59,237 bases of DNA from the IMG/VR virus record IMGVR_UViG_3300036852_000085, positions 1-59,237 of that record; one strand, given 5' to 3'. Under the pieces are notes generated by a model. That model made no database searches. It was given only the letters and a program-made list of their open reading frames with translations, and was not told the DNA's origin. Position numbers and translations under genes: made by a program. Positions 53,549-59,237 of the stretch are shown piece by piece (positions within the stretch are counted from its first letter, which is position 1; every line of letters starts with the position of its first letter). The stretch comes from a virus. Lineage: Duplodnaviria; Caudoviricetes.

Positions 53549-54357
53549 TCACTAAGAAGTTCACTGAGGAAGTCCTCAGTGTCACCGAGCTGGAAAACGA
53601 CCCCAGCTACCAACGTCCGCTGGACGTTAGCAAGGTGCAGCGGATCAAGCGCAACTTCAACGTCAACGCCCTGGGCGTCTGGACCGTGTCCAAGCGCACC
53701 AATCACGGCGTCTACGTCATCGACGCGCAGCACCGCACCGAGGTCGTCCGACAGCTGATGCTTGACGGCGATCACGACGGCCTCGTCCCATGCCACGTCT
53801 TCTACGATCTGACTGTGGCCGAGGAAGCGCAGATGTATCTGGAGCTGAACACCGGCTCGCAGCCAACCCCGCTCCAGAAGTTCAAGGCCCGCATCGCCGC
53901 TGGGGAAACCAGTGCGGTGGAAATCGCCAAGTTCCTGGGCTACTACGGCTGGGCAATCCACCCTGTCGGTGGCAAGGGCACCATCCAGGCCATCGCAGCC
54001 GTGGACAAGGTGTACGCCCTGTCACAGAAGATCGAGGCCGAGCCGAACCTGGTGCAACTGGTGATCCTGACCATCTCCCGCGCCTGGGGGGACGACGAAA
54101 GCGCAGGTCAGGGCGCCCTGTTCCTGGGGCTGGGACAGTTCCTCGCCGAGTACACCGATCGCGTGGAGTTGGACCGGCTGGCGGAGAAGCTGGGGGGCTA
54201 CCAGGGCGGTCCCAACGCCCTGGTGAACAACGCCCGTCAGCTCGCCACTCTGCAAGGGTGGAAGCTGCACGCCACGGTCGCGTCGCTGATCGTGGAGGAG
54301 TACAACAAGGGCCGGCAGCTGGACAAGAACAAGCTTCCGGTCTGGCGCAAGCGATAG
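53545..54357 (+). CDS. ParB-fold protein (DUF6551/DGQHR-like)
   Basis: DPSYQRPL, VIDAQHR, EEA..Y..LN and KFKA. Confidence 0.82.
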   Translation: MITKKFTEEVLSVTELENDPSYQRPLDVSKVQRIKRNFNVNALGVWTVSKRTNHGVYVIDAQHRTEVVRQLMLDGDHDGLVPCHVFYDLTVAEEAQMYLELNTGSQPTPLQKFKARIAAGETSAVEIAKFLGYYGWAIHPVGGKGTIQAIAAVDKVYALSQKIEAEPNLVQLVILTISRAWGDDESAGQGALFLGLGQFLAEYTDRVELDRLAEKLGGYQGGPNALVNNARQLATLQGWKLHATVASLIVEEYNKGRQLDKNKLPVWRKR

Positions 54358-54362
54358 CCACA

Positions 54363-54402
54363 ACGAAGAACCCCCCGTCCGATTGGGCGGGGGGTTCTTC
54401 GT
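54363..54402. terminator. Bidirectional terminator
   Basis: acgaagaaccccccgtcc-gatt-gggcggggggttcttcgt between convergent genes. Confidence 0.85.
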
Positions 54403-54409
54403 GCCTGCA

Positions 54410-55069
54410 TTACGCGGGAACTGCGTCGAGGTCCTCCAGGGAGTCCAGTTCCTTCAGCTTCTTGACCACGCTGTGGGCGTAGTTGTAGCTGACGCCGGCA
54501 GCTCCTGCGATGTCCTTGACGGTCAGGGTAGGAGCCTTGGTCCAGATCTCCGCGATCCGCTCCTTGGCGGTCAATTCATGAGTCTTGGGTGCCGGCGGTA
54601 CGGCGTCTGGGTCCTTGGGCTTGGCGATGCGGATAGCAGCGCCTTGCTCGTGAGCCAGGAGAGCGTCGATCTTCAGGGTCAGCTCATACACGGTGACCGA
54701 GGCCACCACCAGCAGTCCGTCGATGCACAGGGGGAGCAGGATCGCCGCCCACCTGTCACCTCGGGAGTAGCGCAGGATCATGTCGTACTGGTCCCGGAAG
54801 CTGAGCGTGGCGGCCATGCCAGCAATAGCGGCAGTGGCTACCGGTCGTGGCAGCTTTCGGTACCAGGACACCGTGCCCGAAATGGGGACCCGGCTGACCA
54901 TCTCAAACGCCAGTGCCAGCACGATGGGAGGCACGACTGAGATGCCGATGGAGATGGGATTGAGGTTGGCGTGTAGCGCGTTACCGGTGATGGAGGCGCA
55001 AATGCCGAATCCCATCACGATACGAACGCCCCAGCGCAGTTGAATCAGGACTTCTTTGGTGCGGTTCAT
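54410..55069 (-). CDS. DUF2637-like 4-TM protein with C-terminal HTH
   Basis: ASITGNALHA, LPL.IDGL, C-terminal TVKDIAGAAGVSYNYA; GAGGAGG RBS. Confidence 0.82.
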   Translation of the reverse strand: MNRTKEVLIQLRWGVRIVMGFGICASITGNALHANLNPISIGISVVPPIVLALAFEMVSRVPISGTVSWYRKLPRPVATAAIAGMAATLSFRDQYDMILRYSRGDRWAAILLPLCIDGLLVVASVTVYELTLKIDALLAHEQGAAIRIAKPKDPDAVPPAPKTHELTAKERIAEIWTKAPTLTVKDIAGAAGVSYNYAHSVVKKLKELDSLEDLDAVPA

Positions 55070-55142
55070 CGCTTCCTCCTCAGGAAGTAGTAAAAGGGAT
55101 TAGTGTGCTGATTGGTGATCTCATGATCACCTGCACTATGCC

Positions 55143-55196
55143 ACTGTATCCCAGGGGGAGGGGTGGGTGCAAGTGTCAAGGGATAGTATCTGAATC
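55143..55196. promoter_or_regulatory. Divergent promoters with a CCCCTCCCCCTGGG box
   Basis: Minus strand: TTGCAC-N18-TACAGT; plus strand: TAGTAT-N7-ATG(55197). Confidence 0.7.
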
Positions 55197-56492
55197 ATGA
55201 ATCGACGACGCACCCTAGCAGGGTTAGGAATAGCGCTAGTACCGCTCCTATTTGTCTTCACCGGGGGATGGCAAAGCGACTCCAATGGCTGGGGGGCTGA
55301 CCACAGCAACGTCGCTTCCAGCGTGGATGCGCTGGGCTCAGCCCAGGCTCAGCTCGCCGCCTGTCAGGCGGCACTGGCGGCCCGTAATCCACGCCTGTCC
55401 AGCAACGGACGGGCCTGGGCCAACAACTGCATCGAGGTGGAGACGGCAGCCATCCGGGTTCTGTCGGGCACACCGACCCCGACACCTACCGGGAGCCCCA
55501 CACCGACGCCCACACAGACGTCAGCGAGCCCGACCCCTACTCCAACTACCACCAGCCCGTCTCCGAGCTCCACAGCGACGAGCCCGAGCCCTTCTTCGAC
55601 GGCTACAAGCCCACCCCCCAGTCCTACGCCAACCCCGACACCGTCAGACATGGGCTTCCCGGGGCCAGACAACACTGGTCCGCGCGGGGCGACGCTGCTG
55701 CCGTGGTCGGGCTGCCCAGCTGACGGCTCACCGGCCGCGATCACCACGCCCAACCTGCACCTCAACCAGGTGATCATCAACTGCAACGTGCGGATCCTGA
55801 CCACCGGCCTGGTAATCACGTTCAGCAAGGTCAACGGCTGGCTGTACGACGAGGAGAACAGTGCTACCCGGTCGTTCACCATCAATGACTCAGAGATCGA
55901 TGGTGGCATCGACCACAACGCGGCCGTCTGGCACACCAACCTGACCGCCCTGCGGGACAACATCCACGGTGGCATCACCGGCGTCAGCTGTGTGGACACC
56001 TGTCACGTCGAGGACTCCTGGCTACATGGCCAGCGCCACGACCCGAACGCCACCGGTCAGCACTACGGCGGCTTCCTCTCCAACGGCGGAGGGGATGTCA
56101 ACCACCAGTCGCTGATCCGGCACAACACCATCGTCTGCGACGTGGACCAGGTCGACCCGGGGACCGGACAGAACAACATCTCCAGCTGCTCCGGGGACAT
56201 CAACCTGTTCGGCGACTTCGGTGGTGTGCACTACTACACCTTCGACCACAACTTCCTCGGTGCTGGTACGGCTACCGGCCACCCATCACTGTGTGCTTAC
56301 GGTGGTAACTCAGGTGTGTCGACGGGACAGAAGCAGCCCGGGGACCACATCGTCTATACCAACAACGTGTTCGAGCGTGGACCGTTCGGCACCTGCGGGT
56401 TCTTCGGCCCGGTCGGGGACATCGACATGACCCGCCCCGGCATGGTGTGGACCAACAACCGGTACGAAGATGGAGAAGTGATCAACCCGTGA
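55197..56492 (+). CDS. Secreted protein with Pro/Thr/Ser linker and right-handed beta-helix domain
   Basis: Signal-peptide-like N-terminus, PT linker, FPGPDNTG, I.DS.I / ..DS.LH / IRHNTI / ..NN.F rungs. Confidence 0.85.
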   Translation: MNRRRTLAGLGIALVPLLFVFTGGWQSDSNGWGADHSNVASSVDALGSAQAQLAACQAALAARNPRLSSNGRAWANNCIEVETAAIRVLSGTPTPTPTGSPTPTPTQTSASPTPTPTTTSPSPSSTATSPSPSSTATSPPPSPTPTPTPSDMGFPGPDNTGPRGATLLPWSGCPADGSPAAITTPNLHLNQVIINCNVRILTTGLVITFSKVNGWLYDEENSATRSFTINDSEIDGGIDHNAAVWHTNLTALRDNIHGGITGVSCVDTCHVEDSWLHGQRHDPNATGQHYGGFLSNGGGDVNHQSLIRHNTIVCDVDQVDPGTGQNNISSCSGDINLFGDFGGVHYYTFDHNFLGAGTATGHPSLCAYGGNSGVSTGQKQPGDHIVYTNNVFERGPFGTCGFFGPVGDIDMTRPGMVWTNNRYEDGEVINP

Positions 56493-56917
56493 CCGAATCT
56501 CATCACCACGAGCATGTCCACCCGGCCCTGATCGAAGGGGTCTGGAGGGTGCAGACGGTCGGGGCTCCGTACCCGGACCACGTCATGATGTTCCACCCGG
56601 ACGGAACGTTCCTGATCCACAACCCCAGCGGCGTCCAGGAAGAACCTGACTCCGGTACCGGTGGTACCCACGACAGCGTGGGTGTCGGGGCCTGGGAGCT
56701 GGACGGGCATAACATCATCGCCACGTTCCTGGAGCTGAACGCCTTCGTGAACAACCGTCAGCCGGCGCCGGACACTACGGTGACCATGAAACTGAAGCTG
56801 AGCTCCAAGCTCACCTTCAGCGGGGTGGCCGTTGACTCAGCCGGCCGGCACGTCACGCTGTTCGGTGGCCGCATTGAGGTAGATCGGGAGCTGGCCGCCA
56901 CACTGATTGTTCAGTAA
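56489..56917 (+). CDS. Lipocalin-like beta-barrel hypothetical protein
   Basis: LIEGVW, FHPDGT and GVGAW. Confidence 0.7.
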   Translation: MTESHHHEHVHPALIEGVWRVQTVGAPYPDHVMMFHPDGTFLIHNPSGVQEEPDSGTGGTHDSVGVGAWELDGHNIIATFLELNAFVNNRQPAPDTTVTMKLKLSSKLTFSGVAVDSAGRHVTLFGGRIEVDRELAATLIVQ

Positions 56918-56950
56918 CCTGGACCTGCCTGGTTCTGACTGACCTTCCAT

Positions 56951-56988
56951 AACGAAGCCCCCCAGATCACTCTGGGGGGCTTCGTTTT
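56951..56988. terminator. Bidirectional terminator
   Basis: aacgaagccccccaga-tcac-tctggggggcttcgtttt. Confidence 0.85.
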
Positions 56989-57043
56989 ACAGATCGCGAC
57001 GGCTCCGGTTTACAGATCGCGCAGAGGTCTATCGGCCTCCAGG

Positions 57044-57613
57044 TTACGCGACCGGCGGGGTACCCGGCTCCGGCGTCGGCTCAGGGGCAGCCTCCGGGGC
57101 CACAGCCTCCACGGCCGCGTCCAGGTTGTCGATGCCGGTCTGAATCGCCGCAGCCGCAGCCTCCTGGGCCGGGCTCAGCGTGCCGGCGGTGATGATGTCC
57201 AGCGCCCGCTGCACATCCTTGGTCAGCTCGGCCAGCTTTGCGCCGAGGCTGGCCTCAAGCTCGTCAATCGTGGTCATGAGTCTTTCCTCCATCTGGTTCA
57301 GTGCTGTCAGGATAACGACGACGGCGGCGTCCTGGTGGCCACAGTCGCATGAACAGTGCCCCATGGATGCTCCTTCCGGGAGTACCAGCTGGGGAGCGTC
57401 AGGTCCGTCCTTGTAATGCTTATACCCGATCTTGAGGGCAGCACGCAAAGCTGTCAGGACGTAGTTCGAGGCCACATGGGTCGTCTCAGTACTGTCCACG
57501 ATCGCCATGGCCCGTTTCCAGCCCCGGTCAAGACCAGCCTCGTAGCCCTCGGCGTAGATGTGACCTACAGCTGAGTTGGGGATCCTGATCGGGTCAGGAA
57601 GACGTGCGGTCAT
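57044..57613 (-). CDS. Hypothetical protein; coiled-coil C-terminal half with a strong internal start at 57364
   Basis: GAGGAG RBS at the first start; AAGGAG-N5-ATG at MGHCSCDC. Confidence 0.65.
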   Translation of the reverse strand: MTARLPDPIRIPNSAVGHIYAEGYEAGLDRGWKRAMAIVDSTETTHVASNYVLTALRAALKIGYKHYKDGPDAPQLVLPEGASMGHCSCDCGHQDAAVVVILTALNQMEERLMTTIDELEASLGAKLAELTKDVQRALDIITAGTLSPAQEAAAAAIQTGIDNLDAAVEAVAPEAAPEPTPEPGTPPVA

Positions 57614-57640
57614 CCTCATCTCCTCGCTTACCATCTCAGT

Positions 57641-57853
57641 ATGAGCGGTGCGGACTGGATCGGGATCATCGCGGCCATCGGTACGGCTGCGACCGCCGTT
57701 ATCGCAGCCTATGGTGCAATTCAGGGTAAACGTACCCATACTCTGGTCAACAGCCGTACCGACGCCATGCTGGCCCGACAAGCTCAGCTGGAAGCCGCTA
57801 TGCGTCGAGGGGGCGTGGATGTGCCGCCTGATCCCTCGCTAAGGCCTTCCTGA
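57641..57853 (+). CDS. Small single-TM coiled-coil protein
   Basis: Leaderless TACCAT-N6-ATG; TM helix followed by THTLVNSR. Confidence 0.72.
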   Translation: MSGADWIGIIAAIGTAATAVIAAYGAIQGKRTHTLVNSRTDAMLARQAQLEAAMRRGGVDVPPDPSLRPS

Positions 57854-57868
57854 TGACCTTGTAACACG

Positions 57869-58033
57869 TCATCGCCTACACCCCCTCTTCAGTTGCAGCA
57901 TGGCAAACATCAAGCTCAGCTCCTGGGCCATGTCCGCATAGAGTAACTTCAGCCGCAAGGCTTCGAAGTAGTCAGCTCGCCGGGCTCGCACGTCTTCCCA
58001 GCGACTGTGTTCGCCCCCATAACGGGGATTCAT
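57869..58033 (-). CDS. 54-aa hypothetical protein
   Basis: GGAGG RBS; ATGA overlap with the upstream microprotein. Confidence 0.6.
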   Translation of the reverse strand: MNPRYGGEHSRWEDVRARRADYFEALRLKLLYADMAQELSLMFAMLQLKRGCRR

Positions 58034-58182
58034 TTTGTGGGCCTCCGTGGTGGCGGTAAGCAGCCGACGTGACATCCATTGGTACGAGCATGTCCCATGC
58101 AGTGCCTTTTACGTTTCGCCGTGCAACCGTTGCACTGGCAGTTGCAGCTCCCTACGCTGTAGCACGGGGGGAAGGTAACCAT
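58030..58182 (-). CDS. Cys/His-rich microprotein 3 (50 aa)
   Basis: Translated by hand: MVTFPPCYSVGSCNCQCNGCTAKRKRHCMGHARTNGCHVGCLPPPRRPTK. Confidence 0.82.
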   Translation of the reverse strand: MVTFPPCYSVGSCNCQCNGCTAKRKRHCMGHARTNGCHVGCLPPPRRPTK

Positions 58183-58347
58183 TTAACCCTTCTTCTTTTT
58201 CGTGAAGACCGGAGGTATCTGCTTCTTGGGAACCGGGGTACATGAGATATGACACTCATTGCCATGCGAATAGCAGTCTGTACTATCGGCGTTACATCTC
58301 GCGCAATTACAGTAACAGCGCCCCGAATCCCTGCAATTTGCCGCCAT
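58183..58347 (-). CDS. Cys/His-rich microprotein 2 (54 aa)
   Basis: Translated by hand: MAANCRDSGRCYCNCARCNADSTDCYSHGNECHISCTPVPKKQIPPVFTKKKKG. Confidence 0.85.
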   Translation of the reverse strand: MAANCRDSGRCYCNCARCNADSTDCYSHGNECHISCTPVPKKQIPPVFTKKKKG

Positions 58348-58350
58348 TTT

Positions 58351-58512
58351 CTACCGCCTTCTCTTTGGAGGAGGCGGTAGTGCTCGCTTCTTCGGTGGCG
58401 CGGAACAGCTCAAGCAGCAGGCGTTGTTGTGATTACGGCAATGCGCGCTGCCACTGTTGCATCGAGGACATGAGCACATACAGAAGCCGGCATGTGGGCA
58501 GTTACTGGCCAT
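58351..58512 (-). CDS. Cys/His-rich microprotein 1 (53 aa)
   Basis: Translated by hand: MASNCPHAGFCMCSCPRCNSGSAHCRNHNNACCLSCSAPPKKRALPPPPKRRR; AAGGAG RBS. Confidence 0.85.
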   Translation of the reverse strand: MASNCPHAGFCMCSCPRCNSGSAHCRNHNNACCLSCSAPPKKRALPPPPKRRR

Positions 58513-58669
58513 CACTCTCCTTGATCAACCCTTCCGGGTCTTCTTCACGTACCCAGAACTCATTCAGGTTTCGCCACAACACCAGAGGCCAGCCACAGTG
58601 AGCACATTCGCCCACTATCTGACCCTTACTGCGGGAATCGTTTACAAGACGTACCAGCTCATTGGTCAA
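58502..58669 (-). CDS. 55-aa hypothetical protein with CAHCG
   Basis: Translated by hand from a TTG start with AAGGAGG RBS: MTNELVRLV...GECAHCGWPL. Confidence 0.65.
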   Translation of the reverse strand: MTNELVRLVNDSRSKGQIVGECAHCGWPLVLWRNLNEFWVREEDPEGLIKESDGQ

Positions 58670-59144
58670 GATGTCCCTCCTTCAGTTCCATCAACTTCTG
58701 CTCTACGTCGATTTGTCTGGAAAGCACGACTGCGGCCCTGATCTGGGTCAGCTGAAGAAGAGCCTCAGCGAACTCCTCGCTGCCCTCGATCTCGGCACCC
58801 TCGACGCCATCGGTGATCGGGCAGTCCTTATGGTCCAGTTCGTGGTGATACAGGGTGACCAGGACGTAGCAGTCCGGACGCCCCGGTACGTTCGGGTGGC
58901 AGAGGGGTTCACCGTTGAGTGACCCCCAGCCACTCTCGGCGTCTCCGCAAGGACGGCCGCAGTGTGCACAGGCAGGTAGAGGCATACGGACACTCCTAAA
59001 TGTGGGAGTAATCGGGCATTTCTTCGCGTGAAGGAACTCGGCGTCGGCCAGGATCTTCAACATCTTGGCCAGCGACCTAATCCTCCGGTACGGCCTGGTG
59101 GTCAGGGCACACCCATCAGCCCAGCTCACACTCACAGTCTTCAT
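58659..59144 (-). CDS. Zn-binding hypothetical protein; starts at 59144 (shared MKTVSVSW) or 58985
   Basis: CAHCG..LCHP...PDCY..VT motif; AGGAG RBS before MPLPAC at 58985. Confidence 0.7.
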   Translation of the reverse strand: MKTVSVSWADGCALTTRPYRRIRSLAKMLKILADAEFLHAKKCPITPTFRSVRMPLPACAHCGRPCGDAESGWGSLNGEPLCHPNVPGRPDCYVLVTLYHHELDHKDCPITDGVEGAEIEGSEEFAEALLQLTQIRAAVVLSRQIDVEQKLMELKEGHLDQ

Positions 59145-59237
59145 CCCCCCACTATACTCCCATACCCCTCCCCCTGGAAGTAAGCTAAGGACTCCAGGAT
59201 CCCCAGGGGAACATTCAGGGACATTTCACCCACTAAA
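59120..59237. repeat. 118-bp perfect inverted copy of 5768-5885
   Basis: Exact reverse complement, including the promoter and first 8 codons. Confidence 0.97.

Noticed and set aside
55480-55645. ccgac/ccc repeat tract
   Set aside because: Encodes an ordinary Pro/Thr/Ser linker
58242-58601. Plus-strand 119-aa ORF from the track
   Set aside because: Antisense to the three coupled Cys-rich microprotein genes, which have RBSs and mutual homology

Overview
This is a near-complete ~59 kb genome of a high-GC tailed (siphovirus-like) actinobacteriophage. The host cannot be fixed from the sequence. The minus-strand virion module (13.0-46.9 kb) runs terL, portal, MuF, prohead protease, a 1765-aa multidomain protein, separate hexamer-like and pentamer-like capsid proteins, tail genes, a six-gene glycosylation/modification cassette, and lysin/holin. 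A plus-strand replication module (47-54 kb) encodes a Cas4-like nuclease, MazG, SSB, a primase-polymerase/SF3 helicase and two ParB-fold proteins. A plus-strand accessory arm (5.9-13 kb) includes an RNA ligase, a SLOG protein and a RusA-like resolvase. I found no integrase, DNA polymerase, ParA or CRISPR array. The most notable observations are: (1) both window ends are perfect inverted copies of the two edges of an internal ~1.5 kb segment (4360-5885), implying an A-R-B-R' architecture; (2) two covarying 53-nt D-armless tRNA-like elements lie between genes of segment A; (3) an RNA island holds an anticodon-less tRNA mimic, an initiator tRNA and a perfect parS; (4) a tandem trio of unannotated Cys/His-rich microproteins; (5) a candidate standalone ncRNA at ~8.5 kb; (6) two repeated operator-like motifs and widespread leaderless promoters. 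All product calls come from motif recognition by eye, not database searches.
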